Made by a program: the position numbers and the translations under genes. 64,000 nt of DNA from Lachnospiraceae bacterium (GTDB lineage: Bacteria; Bacillota; Clostridia; Lachnospirales; Lachnospiraceae): positions 72,131-136,130 of the forward strand of contig JAFVXW010000074.1 of assembly GCA_017500935.1 (NCBI GenBank). Reading direction: 5' to 3'. This document shows, in pieces, positions 9,993 through 18,975 of the stretch; within the stretch, counting starts at the first letter, position 1, and every line of letters begins with the position of its first letter. Under the pieces are notes generated by a model. That model searched no databases and was not told the DNA's origin. It worked only from the letters and a program-made list of their open reading frames with translations.

Positions 9993-10472
9993 ATGATTTA
10001 CGTTGTATGCAGCATAATTGTTGTCACGATCATTGTGTTGCTTTTGGTTCTGAACGGAAAAAGGGAGCGTATTGTTGGAAAGCAGATCGCTTCGGAAGAG
10101 ATCACGGAATTCATGTATACTTATGCCACTGCAGTGTATCCCCCTGAATATCAGAGATATCGATTTTATATGGAAAATGGGAAGTATCAGTTTTTTCATG
10201 AAAAAAGAGAAGGCAAAAAATGGCCGTTGTCAGAGGCGGATATCACCGTCTGTGGTACAAGGGAATTATCTGCGCAGGAATGGAAAGAGTTTCTGGATTG
10301 TGTAACCGGCGGAAGTGTTATAAAGAGGGAGCGGAATCCTAAAACAGCAAAGGGAGGAGCCTTCTGTTATTTATACTGGAATGGAGATCGTTCCAGATAT
10401 CAGGAATTTGGATTTCCGTCTTTGAATGCCCGAAAAGGGTTTGAAGATTTTTGTGCAGAGCTTGTATATTAG
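9993..10472 (+). CDS. Hypothetical protein with N-terminal membrane anchor
   Basis: aggagg RBS; hydrophobic N-terminus; alternative in-frame start at 9963. Confidence 0.65.
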   Translation: MIYVVCSIIVVTIIVLLLVLNGKRERIVGKQIASEEITEFMYTYATAVYPPEYQRYRFYMENGKYQFFHEKREGKKWPLSEADITVCGTRELSAQEWKEFLDCVTGGSVIKRERNPKTAKGGAFCYLYWNGDRSRYQEFGFPSLNARKGFEDFCAELVY

Positions 10473-10489
10473 AAGGAAGGAGTATGGGT

Positions 10490-10903
10490 ATGTGGTTTGT
10501 ATTTGCTTTATTATCAGCGGTGTTTGCAGCGCTTACTTCGATACTGGCAAAGATTGGTATAGACGGTGTGAATTCAAATCTGGCGACAGCGATCAGAACG
10601 GTTGTGGTTGTTGTTATGGCATGGGGAATGGTATTTTTAACCAATGCGCAAAGCGGGATTTCTGAGATCAGTCGTAAAAGCTGGCTGTTTCTGGTTTTGT
10701 CCGGGCTGGCAACGGGAGCTTCCTGGCTGTACTATTACAGGGCTTTGCAGATTGGAGAGGCGTCCAAAGTTGTTCCGATTGATAAACTTAGTGTTGTGAT
10801 CACCCTGGTTTTGGCGTTTATCTTTCTGCACGAACAATTTACCGTGAAATCCTTGATCGGATGTGTTTAGATCGGAATCGGAACACTTGTGATGGTGCTG
10901 TAA
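10490..10903 (+). pseudogene. EamA/DMT-family small transporter with premature TAG at 10868
   Basis: MWFVFALLSAVFAALTSILAKIG..VVPIDKLSVV; frame continues IGIGTLVMVL after TAG to TAA 10901-10903, which overlaps the next ATG. Confidence 0.7.
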
Positions 10904-12045
10904 TGAAAATTCTTTTTATCAATCTGCCCTATTACGGACATGTAGTGCCAACTCTTGGAATTGTAAAGGAACTGATAAACTTAGGATGCGAAGTTACATA
11001 TCTGCTGCCTTTTGATTGGGAAGAAAAAGTCAGGGAAAGCGGGGCTGTGTTTGCCGGCTACGCAAATCACAGACAGCTTTCAGAACAGATTAAAAATGCG
11101 TATGCAGCTGCAGAACGTATGATAGATAAGTTTGATCTTGTCGTTTACGAACAGTTTTTCTTTTTAGGAAAGCATCTTGCAGAAAAGTATGGGAAACCTG
11201 TGGTACGGATCTTTACGGCACCTGTTACAAATGGACAGTTAATGCATGAATTTATCAATGCCAAAGGACCGTTATCTGTTTTTAAGCATAAATGGATTGC
11301 CAGAGCATTTACAAAAGATATTGCCAAAGGGATTCCGATGAAAACGGATAACTGGCTGGATGAGATCGTTAAAAATCCTCCTGACTTAAATCTTGTGTAT
11401 ACACTGCGGGAATATCAGCCTTATGAGGATGAATTTTCGGAGGAATTCTTCAGATTTTTAGGACCGTCCATATATGAAAGAAAAGCGGTGCCTTTTGATT
11501 TTGTAAAAGGGAAAAATCCCGTTGTTTATATTTCTTTGGGAACTGTTTTGAAAGGCGCTGTATCGTTTTTTCAGAATTGTATAGAAGCCTTCCGGGGGGA
11601 AGATGTGGATGTGATCATATCTGTGGGCAGGAAGTTTAAAAGAAAAAAACTGAAAAATATCCCCTCCAATATACGTATTTACGATTCTGTTCCACAGCTG
11701 GAAGTGCTGAAAACGGCAGATGCTTTTGTGACACACGGCGGCATGAACAGTGTTTCGGAAGCTCTTGTTTATGGGACACCGATGGTAGTGATCCCTTTTG
11801 TGTCGGATCAGCCCGTAAATGCACAATGTATAGAGAAACTTGGCGTGGGAAGAAAGATTGCATATTCTAAGCTCAATGCAGCTGCGTTAAAAGATGCCGT
11901 TTTTTCTGTGATTCGCGATAAGGAGATCAGAAAGAATCTGACACGGGTTCAGGAACGGATCAAACAGGCTCCCGGCAATCAGGGAGGCGCAAAAATGATA
12001 ATGGAATATTATGAAAAGAAGGTGAAAGCATGCTCGAAAAGATGA
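10903..12045 (+). CDS. GT1/MGT-family (macrolide glycosyltransferase-like) UDP-glycosyltransferase
   Basis: GHVVPTL, VYISLGT, VPQLEVL, FVTHGGMNSVSEAL, DQPVNA. Confidence 0.85.
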   Translation: MKILFINLPYYGHVVPTLGIVKELINLGCEVTYLLPFDWEEKVRESGAVFAGYANHRQLSEQIKNAYAAAERMIDKFDLVVYEQFFFLGKHLAEKYGKPVVRIFTAPVTNGQLMHEFINAKGPLSVFKHKWIARAFTKDIAKGIPMKTDNWLDEIVKNPPDLNLVYTLREYQPYEDEFSEEFFRFLGPSIYERKAVPFDFVKGKNPVVYISLGTVLKGAVSFFQNCIEAFRGEDVDVIISVGRKFKRKKLKNIPSNIRIYDSVPQLEVLKTADAFVTHGGMNSVSEALVYGTPMVVIPFVSDQPVNAQCIEKLGVGRKIAYSKLNAAALKDAVFSVIRDKEIRKNLTRVQERIKQAPGNQGGAKMIMEYYEKKVKACSKR

Positions 12046-12680
12046 GTACATTTTTTGAAAACCGTCTGGATGGATACGATGAACATATGATGACAAATAT
12101 TGAATCGGCGACAGAGTTTTATCCTTTTACGGCCAAGCTTTTGCCGTCTGCCCAAAACAGCAGTCTCCTTGATCTGGGATGCGGCACAGGACTTGAACTG
12201 GAAGCATATTTTACCTTGTGTCCGTCTGCGAAGGTGACTGGAATTGACTTGTCACAGGGAATGCTGGATGCACTTAAGGATAAGTTTACGGATAAAGAGA
12301 TTTCGCTGATTACAGGCTCTTATTTTGATGTGCCTTTTGGGGAGAATGTGTTTGATGCTGCTGTATCAGTAGAAAGTCTGCATCATTTTACCAAAGAGGA
12401 AAAAGTGCCGCTTTATGCAAAACTCTGCGGCGCTTTGAAAGAAAACGGGTATTTTATTCTGACGGACTATTTTTCTTTGTCTGACGAAGAGGAACAGATG
12501 CACCGGAAGAATCTGCTTGCACTGAAAGCCGAGCAGGGGATTACGGATGATGATTTTTACCATTACGATACACCTCTTACGGTGGAGCATGAGAAAGAAG
12601 CTTTGCTGGAAGCGGGTTTTGTAAGTGTTGAAGTGATGGGAAGCTGGGGAGCGACTTATTGTCTGAAGGCGGTTAAGTAA
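12030..12680 (+). CDS. Class I SAM-dependent methyltransferase
   Basis: LLDLGCGTG, GIDLS..ML, SLHHF. Confidence 0.88.
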   Translation: MLEKMSTFFENRLDGYDEHMMTNIESATEFYPFTAKLLPSAQNSSLLDLGCGTGLELEAYFTLCPSAKVTGIDLSQGMLDALKDKFTDKEISLITGSYFDVPFGENVFDAAVSVESLHHFTKEEKVPLYAKLCGALKENGYFILTDYFSLSDEEEQMHRKNLLALKAEQGITDDDFYHYDTPLTVEHEKEALLEAGFVSVEVMGSWGATYCLKAVK

Positions 12681-12685
12681 GAAAT

Positions 12686-13969
12686 ATGAAACGAAACGAA
12701 TTATCAGAGCTGAAAGATTTTTTACTTCTCTGGAGTACTCAGAGTATCTCGCAGCTTGGCAGCAGTATTACGGCATTCGCCCTTACCTTATGGCTGTATG
12801 AGCAGACCGGATCTTCCTTAAGTACGGCAGCACTTACGATATGTTCTTATGCGCCGTATGTGTTGATGAGCATATTTGCAGGAGCGCTGACAGACAGATT
12901 TGATAAAAAGAAGACGATGCTTGTATGTGATGTACTTGCCGTGCTCTGCACGTTGACAGTATTCTGGCTGTTTGGTACAAATCGCCTGATGGTATGGCAT
13001 TTATATGCGTTAAATGCGGTTTCGGGCTTGATGAATACCGTGCAGCAGCCGGCATCAGAGGTTGCCATGACACTGATCATTCCTGAAAAATATTATCAGA
13101 AGACAAGCGGACTTCGCTCTTTGTCAAGATCATTGATTTCGATATTAAATCCTTTGATCGCGACAGCCTTGTATGCGTTTGCAGGGCTGAACGGTGTCAT
13201 AGCGGTGGATATTGGAAGCTTTGTGATCGCATTTATTGTGTTGCTTGGGTTTATTCATATTCCGGAAAGTAAAAGCGAAAGAAAAGAAAATGTGCTTGTT
13301 CTAGCCAAGGAAGGGATAGGATTTCTGAAAAACAATCCCATGATTTTGACATTGATCGTGTTTATGTCGGGGGTGAATCTGGTGGCTTCTGCTTTTGATG
13401 CGGCACTGCCGGGATTTGTGCTTCCCAATCCAAAAGGCGGACAGGCTGTTTTAGGGATTGTGACTTCCTGTTCCGGTATTGCAATGATCTTTGGCAGTCT
13501 GCTGGTCTCTGTGTTGCCAAGGCCCAAGGACCGGGTAAGAGTTGTTTATTGGACGATGCTGTTTTCCGTGGGAAGTGAGAATCTGCTTCTGGCATTTTCC
13601 AGAGAACCGGTTTTGTGGTGTATCGGTCAGATCATAGGATGGACGCTGGTTCCTGTTATGGGTGCTAATCTGGACGTGATCTTAAGAACCACGATTCCGG
13701 TGGAGCTGCAGGGGCGTGTGTATGCATGCCGCAATACGCTTCAGTTTTTTACAATTCCGATCGGATTGTTTCTGGGCGGTTTTATGGTAGATCGTGTGTG
13801 TGAGCCGTTTATGGCTGAATACGGCCATTTATCAATTTTAAGAACACTTTTCGGGACAGGAAAAGGTTCGGGCGCTGCGCTGGTGATGTTCATACTTGGC
13901 GCAGGCGGCATTCTGATCTGTATGCTTACGGGCAGGAACCTGAAAAAGTATCGGTACGGGGAATCCTAA
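12686..13969 (+). CDS. MFS transporter (DHA3/Mef-like family)
   Basis: ~12 TM helices; FAGALTDRFDKK motif A; PVELQGRV. Confidence 0.85.
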   Translation: MKRNELSELKDFLLLWSTQSISQLGSSITAFALTLWLYEQTGSSLSTAALTICSYAPYVLMSIFAGALTDRFDKKKTMLVCDVLAVLCTLTVFWLFGTNRLMVWHLYALNAVSGLMNTVQQPASEVAMTLIIPEKYYQKTSGLRSLSRSLISILNPLIATALYAFAGLNGVIAVDIGSFVIAFIVLLGFIHIPESKSERKENVLVLAKEGIGFLKNNPMILTLIVFMSGVNLVASAFDAALPGFVLPNPKGGQAVLGIVTSCSGIAMIFGSLLVSVLPRPKDRVRVVYWTMLFSVGSENLLLAFSREPVLWCIGQIIGWTLVPVMGANLDVILRTTIPVELQGRVYACRNTLQFFTIPIGLFLGGFMVDRVCEPFMAEYGHLSILRTLFGTGKGSGAALVMFILGAGGILICMLTGRNLKKYRYGES

Positions 13970-13982
13970 GAGGAGGCTGTTT

Positions 13983-14615
13983 ATGAAAATATTAGTAACC
14001 GGTTTTGAACCTTTTAACGGAGGATGGATAAATCCTTCGGAGCAGATTGTGCATCGTCTGAAAGCTCCGGAGGGAGCAATCCTGATCAAAGAAATTTTGC
14101 CGGTGGAATTTGGAAAAACTACGATTCGGTTACAGGAATTGTTCCGGGAACATCAGCCGGATATCGTGCTGTCTGTCGGACAGGCAGGAGGTCGGGCAGA
14201 AATCGGTGTGGAAAGAGTTGCGATCAATATCGATAATGTAAAAAGTTCCAATGGCGGCAAGCTTCTGCCAGATAATGCCGGTGATGTTCCTGTGGATGAA
14301 CCGATTGAAGCAGACGGCGCGGCGGCGTATTTTTCAACCTTGCCCATTTGGCAGATGGTGGAAGCAATGCAGAAAAAAGGAATTCCGGCAGCTATTTCCA
14401 ATTCAGCAGGTACTTATGTATGCAATCATGTTATGTATGAGAACCTGTATCAGGCCGCGGTAAATTATCCGGGGATGAAAGCTGGTTTTATTCATGTACC
14501 GTTTTTGCCGGAGCAGATTGCCAACAGAGAGGATAAAGAACGATTGGCGGCGATGCCTCTTGAAGATATGGTGACAGCACTGCAGGCGGTTTTGGATATG
14601 CTGGCGGACAGGTAA
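13983..14615 (+). CDS. pcp: Pyroglutamyl-peptidase I
   Basis: MKILVTGFEPF..NPS, ERVAIN, SAGTYVCN, GFIHVP. Confidence 0.92.
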   Translation: MKILVTGFEPFNGGWINPSEQIVHRLKAPEGAILIKEILPVEFGKTTIRLQELFREHQPDIVLSVGQAGGRAEIGVERVAINIDNVKSSNGGKLLPDNAGDVPVDEPIEADGAAAYFSTLPIWQMVEAMQKKGIPAAISNSAGTYVCNHVMYENLYQAAVNYPGMKAGFIHVPFLPEQIANREDKERLAAMPLEDMVTALQAVLDMLADR

Positions 14616-14668
14616 GTTGGATGTGAGGCAAGAAGATAGGGCAGGGATTTTTTCCTGTTTTTCTGTGG

Positions 14669-14831
14669 TTACCTACTGTATGGGATTTTAAGCTTCGCAA
14701 TATGTAATTTCAGGGGATTTTTTCTGCTTGTTACCTATCATGTGGTGATTTCAGTTGTGCAGTAGGTAATTGGGATTAAAATGGGACAAATTTTACCTGC
14801 TAAAAAGTTTTTACACTTGCATAGTGGGTAT
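14669..14831. repeat. Three tandem 62-bp-period palindromic units
   Basis: TTACCT starts at 14669, 14731, 14793, each closed ~32 bp later by TATGTAA, TAGGTAA or TGGGTAT. Confidence 0.65.
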
Positions 14832-14893
14832 GAGTATCAATACGCGGCATTTTGCGATTCGATTAGCGGACCCCGGTTTAATGGAGAAAAGAT

Positions 14894-15256
14894 ATGAGAT
14901 TAAAAAACATTCTGATCGTTGTGAAAGATATTGAAAAATCAAGAAAATTTTATCATGATTTGTTTGGGTTGGACTTGGTGCTTGACAATGACGGAAATAT
15001 GATATTAACGGAAGGTCTGGTTCTTCAGGATGAGAAAATATGGAAAGCTTCTTTGGATAGAGAGATTATTCCAAAGAGTAATTCCTGTGAATTGTATTTT
15101 GAAGAGCGGGATATCGAAGCATTTGCTGAAAAATTAGAAAGACTATACCCCGCAACAGAGTATGTAACCCATCTTATGACATATAGTTGGGGGAAACGGG
15201 TTATTCGCTTTTACGATTTAGACGGTAACATGATCGAAGTTGGGACTCCGGGGTGA
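14894..15256 (+). CDS. VOC/glyoxalase-family protein
   Basis: VKDIEKSRKFY..LFGL, ELYFEE, WG.R..RFYDLDGNMIEV. Confidence 0.88.
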   Translation: MRLKNILIVVKDIEKSRKFYHDLFGLDLVLDNDGNMILTEGLVLQDEKIWKASLDREIIPKSNSCELYFEERDIEAFAEKLERLYPATEYVTHLMTYSWGKRVIRFYDLDGNMIEVGTPG

Positions 15257-15276
15257 GCAATAAATTTGTAAAACAC

Positions 15277-15305
15277 TTGAAAAACGAACATATATTCGAT
15301 ATAAT
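15277..15305 (+). promoter_or_regulatory. SigA promoter with LexA/DinR box in the spacer (toxin copy 1)
   Basis: TTGAAA-N17-TATAAT; CGAACATATATTCG at 15285-15298. Confidence 0.75.
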
Positions 15306-15417
15306 GCTTTTGGGTGCTACCATAACACGGTAGGCGGTTAGTCCATTTCCAGAGGACTGTGACCTCTGTTTACATAGAAATCCACTTGTGGAAATTTCAA
15401 AACGGAGGATTTCGCTT

Positions 15418-15516
15418 ATGCTTACAATCGATAGCTTGATTGCTGTTATCAGCTTATGTATAACATGCTTCAGTCTTGGCTATTCGTTTGGCAAGAATAG
15501 CAGGACACAAAAATAA
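15418..15516 (+). CDS. Putative type I toxin, 32-aa hydrophobic peptide MLTIDSLIAVISLCITCFSLGYSFGKNSRTQK
   Basis: ggagg RBS; TM helix plus basic tail; long structured 5' UTR; convergent promoter; second copy at 29854-29952. Confidence 0.75.
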   Translation: MLTIDSLIAVISLCITCFSLGYSFGKNSRTQK

Positions 15517-15600
15517 CCGCCCCAAGCCTAGGAAACTATGAGCGGTTATTTTAGCAACATATAATTCCGGGCTGACCGTCTATCGGCAGCACCTTTTATA
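15505..15600 (-). ncRNA. Putative antisense antitoxin RNA (copy 1), ends approximate
   Basis: Minus-strand TTGACA(15634-15629)-N17-TATTAT(15611-15606); hairpin aaataaccgc..gcggttattt at the toxin stop. Confidence 0.6.
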
Positions 15601-15664
15601 TAATTATAATATCATCTGTCTTCTATGATGTCAAACGTCTATTCGATTGTTAGTGGAGGAAACT

Positions 15665-16024
15665 ATGAGATACACATGGCTTGATGAATATTTGATGAAC
15701 AAACCCGGCGTGACAAAAAATACGGAGAACTGGAATTGGATTCGCTATATGATCGGCGGGAAAATGTTCGTTGCAGTATGTCTTGATGACAATGACGTGC
15801 CCTACTACATAACCTTAAAACTGGAGCCGGTGGAGGGTGAGTATTTAAGACAGCAGTATGAAGATATTGTACCGGGTTTTTATATGAATAAAATCCACTG
15901 GAATTCGATCAAACCGGACGGTGAAGTACCGGATGAATTATTAAAGGATCTGGTTGATAAATCATATAATCTGATTCTGGCGGGATTCAGCAAGAAAAGG
16001 CAGCAGGAAATTTTAAATGAATAA
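15665..16024 (+). CDS. MmcQ/YjbR-family DNA-binding protein
   Basis: GGKMF, ITLKLEP, PGFYMNKIHWNSI, LVDKSY. Confidence 0.88.
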   Translation: MRYTWLDEYLMNKPGVTKNTENWNWIRYMIGGKMFVAVCLDDNDVPYYITLKLEPVEGEYLRQQYEDIVPGFYMNKIHWNSIKPDGEVPDELLKDLVDKSYNLILAGFSKKRQQEILNE

Positions 16025-16065
16025 AAATTACATAATCTGTACCTTTTTGTGACGGAGGTTTTCTT

Positions 16066-16623
16066 ATGAATATTTACGAATCATGTCCGACGCTGGAAAA
16101 TGAAAAGTTCATAATCAGATTATTTCAGGACAGCGATTGTGATGATTTGTTAAAAGTATACAGTGATAAAAATGCATTGCCTTTTTTTAACAGTGATAAT
16201 TGTGACGGGGATAATTTTTATTACTCCTCCAAAGAAAAAATGACAGAAGCCATTGATTTTTGGCGTATGTCTTATGAAAACGGCTGGTTTGCCAGACTTT
16301 CCATTATTGATAAGACGATATGCAGCGTGATCGGAACCGTAGAATTATGCGTGAGAGTGTCGGAAGATGCATTTCACAATATGGGCATTCTGCGGGTGGA
16401 TGTCAGAAGCGATTATGAACAGAACGATGTATTGTATGACATTTTTGAACTTGTTACGCCGCGCATTGAAGAACTGCTTGGATGCAAGGGAGTCCTGACA
16501 AAAGCACCGTTATATGCAGTAGAAAGAATCAAAGCAATTCAAAAAGCAGGATTCACAAAATCTGAACATCTGCTGATCGGGAAAAACGGTTATGCTTATG
16601 ACGGATATTGGATAAAAAAGTAG
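16066..16623 (+). CDS. GNAT/RimJ-like acetyltransferase
   Basis: CPTLENEKFIIR..DLLKVYSD, VIGTVEL pattern. Confidence 0.65.
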   Translation: MNIYESCPTLENEKFIIRLFQDSDCDDLLKVYSDKNALPFFNSDNCDGDNFYYSSKEKMTEAIDFWRMSYENGWFARLSIIDKTICSVIGTVELCVRVSEDAFHNMGILRVDVRSDYEQNDVLYDIFELVTPRIEELLGCKGVLTKAPLYAVERIKAIQKAGFTKSEHLLIGKNGYAYDGYWIKK

Positions 16624-16643
16624 TAGATTGGAGAAAAAATAAA

Positions 16644-17120
16644 ATGAGTACAAATAATTTCAGATATGCGCAGCCTTCAGACGTATCTTTAATTCTGGAG
16701 TTTATCAAAGGACTGGCAGAGTATGAAAACATGATGGACGATGTTATTGCAACGGAGGAACTCCTGAAAGAATGGATCTTTGAAAAAGAAAAAGCAGAGG
16801 TTATCTTTGTGATGGAAGATGATACAGAAGTAGGTTTTGCATTGTTTTTCCATAATTTTTCAACATTCCTTGGCAGAGCGGGTATTTATCTGGAAGATTT
16901 ATATGTAAAGCCTGAATACAGACACAAAGGATACGGAAAGGCTCTGTTAAAAAAATTGGCACAGATTGCTGTGGAACGGGGCTGCGGAAGATTGGAATGG
17001 TCCTGTCTGGACTGGAATAAACCCAGTATCGATTTTTACCTTTCCATGGGGGCAGTGCCGATGGATGAGTGGACTGTATACCGACTGACCGGGGAAACAC
17101 TTAAAAAGGCGGCGTTATAA
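16644..17120 (+). CDS. GNAT acetyltransferase (diamine acetyltransferase-like)
   Basis: FSTFLGRAGIYLEDLYVKPEYRHKGYGKAL, LDWNKPSIDFY. Confidence 0.9.
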   Translation: MSTNNFRYAQPSDVSLILEFIKGLAEYENMMDDVIATEELLKEWIFEKEKAEVIFVMEDDTEVGFALFFHNFSTFLGRAGIYLEDLYVKPEYRHKGYGKALLKKLAQIAVERGCGRLEWSCLDWNKPSIDFYLSMGAVPMDEWTVYRLTGETLKKAAL

Positions 17121-17123
17121 AAT

Positions 17124-17516
17124 ATGAAAACATTGGAAGAAGTAAGAAAAATATTTGAAGGCGACCGGTTCGCGACTGAAAACGGAGCAGTGATAGAAGA
17201 AATCGGCGATCACAGTGCGGTTTGCAGCCTGAACATTACAGCTTCACACCGCAATGCCATGGGGGCAGTCATGGGCGGCACATATTTTATGCTGGCAGAT
17301 TTTGCCTTTGCGGTTGCTGCCAACTGGGAGAAGATGGGATGTGTGTCACTGCATTCTGATATTTCTTTTCTGGGAGCTGCCAAAGGAGAAAAACTGATTG
17401 CAAAAGCTGTTTGTCTAAAAGAGGGAAAAACAACTGCGTGCTATCGCATCGATGTGACAGATGAACTGGGAAATCTGGCTGCCATGGTAACTGCCACAGG
17501 ATATCATGTTCAGTGA
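17124..17516 (+). CDS. PaaI-family thioesterase
   Basis: HRNAMGAVMGG..FMLADFAFA hotdog motif. Confidence 0.85.
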   Translation: MKTLEEVRKIFEGDRFATENGAVIEEIGDHSAVCSLNITASHRNAMGAVMGGTYFMLADFAFAVAANWEKMGCVSLHSDISFLGAAKGEKLIAKAVCLKEGKTTACYRIDVTDELGNLAAMVTATGYHVQ

Positions 17517-17551
17517 GAATTGAGATAACAAAAAGCAAACGAGGTGACCAT

Positions 17552-18631
17552 ATGAACGAAGAATGTTTGATCTGCAAAGCACCGCTTGAATATCTCGAAG
17601 CGGATGAAATAATGGAATGTGAGCTTTGTCATAAAAAGCAGAGCAGTAAGACAAGATGTGTAAACGGACATTTTGTATGTGATGAGTGCCATACAAGCGG
17701 AATGGATACGATCATTTCAATCTGCATGAACAGTAAGTCTGCCAATCCTGTTGAGATTATGGAAGAAATGATGTCTATGCCGTTCTGCCATATGCACGGT
17801 CCCGAACATCATACTATGGTTGGTTCTGCGCTTTTAACTGCTTATAAAAATGCAGGCGGAGATATCGATTTACAAACGGCATTATATGAAATGCAAAAGA
17901 GAGCAAAACAGGTTCCAGGCGGTGTTTGTGGCTTTTGGGGTGCCTGCGGTGCAGGTATCAGCACAGGAATGTATGTTTCTATTACACAAAGATCCACACC
18001 TTTGGCAAAAGAAGCATGGGGACTTTCTAATCAAATGACAGCAAGGGCACTGGAAGCGATAGGCAAAAACGGCGGTCCCCGCTGCTGCAAGAGAGATTCC
18101 TATCTTGCCATTACGGAAGCGGTCAAATTCACGGGCGAAAAATTAGGGATTCATATGAAATTGAATGAGATAACCTGTTCCCGGGCTCATAAGAATAATC
18201 AATGTATACAGAATGCGTGTCCGTTTTATCAGAACAAAAAGAAGAAGATCGCGTTTATTTGTGTACATAATTCATGCCGCAGTCAGATTGCGGAAGCGTT
18301 GGGAAAACATTTGGCAGCAGATGTGTTTGAATTTTATTCTGCCGGAACAGAAACCAAGCCGCAGATCAATCAGGATGCTGTTCGTATTATGAAGGAATTA
18401 TACGGAATTGATATGGAAAGAACACAGTATTCAAAGCTGATCTCAGATATTCCAAATCCGGATGTGGCAATATCAATGGGATGTAATGTTGGCTGTCCTT
18501 TTATTGGCAGAGGTTTTGATGACAACTGGGGATTGGAAGATCCTACGGGAAAGTCGGATGAAGAATTTAAGGCAGTGATCAAAAAAATTGAAGAAAATAT
18601 TCTGACACTGAGAGATAAGGTGACTAAATGA
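17552..18631 (+). CDS. DUF5714-like Cys-rich domain fused to ArsC/LMW-PTP domain
   Basis: N-terminal CxxC clusters, HGPEHH, GPRCCKR; C-terminal FICVHNSCRSQIAE..SAGT..WGLEDP. Confidence 0.75.
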   Translation: MNEECLICKAPLEYLEADEIMECELCHKKQSSKTRCVNGHFVCDECHTSGMDTIISICMNSKSANPVEIMEEMMSMPFCHMHGPEHHTMVGSALLTAYKNAGGDIDLQTALYEMQKRAKQVPGGVCGFWGACGAGISTGMYVSITQRSTPLAKEAWGLSNQMTARALEAIGKNGGPRCCKRDSYLAITEAVKFTGEKLGIHMKLNEITCSRAHKNNQCIQNACPFYQNKKKKIAFICVHNSCRSQIAEALGKHLAADVFEFYSAGTETKPQINQDAVRIMKELYGIDMERTQYSKLISDIPNPDVAISMGCNVGCPFIGRGFDDNWGLEDPTGKSDEEFKAVIKKIEENILTLRDKVTK

Positions 18632-18975
18632 CAAACGAAAAAATATTTCAAATGTCCTTTTCAAAAGTGTATGCGCTGCTGATTGCAAAAGTTGAGAAAA
18701 AAGGGCACACAAGAGAGGAACTCGATCAGATCACCTGTTGGCTGACAGGCTATAGACAGGAAGAAGTGGAAATTTTTTTGGTCAGGGATATTACATATGG
18801 TGATTTTTTCAGAAATGCACCAAAGTTGAATCCAAACAGAAAGCTGATTACGGGAAAAATCTGCGGAATCCGGGTAGAGGAAATAGAAGATCCGCTGATG
18901 CAGGAAATCCGGTATCTGGATAAACTGGTTGACGAACTCGCCAAAGGGAAGGCAATGGAGAAAATATTGCGATGA
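18628..18975 (+). CDS. DUF2200-family protein
   Basis: ITGKICGIRVEEIEDPLMQEIRYLDKLVDELAKGK. Confidence 0.85.
   Translation: MTNEKIFQMSFSKVYALLIAKVEKKGHTREELDQITCWLTGYRQEEVEIFLVRDITYGDFFRNAPKLNPNRKLITGKICGIRVEEIEDPLMQEIRYLDKLVDELAKGKAMEKILR

Noticed and set aside
10868-10870. Pyrrolysine or programmed amber readthrough
   Set aside because: No pyl genes in the window; a point mutation in a Leu codon is simpler
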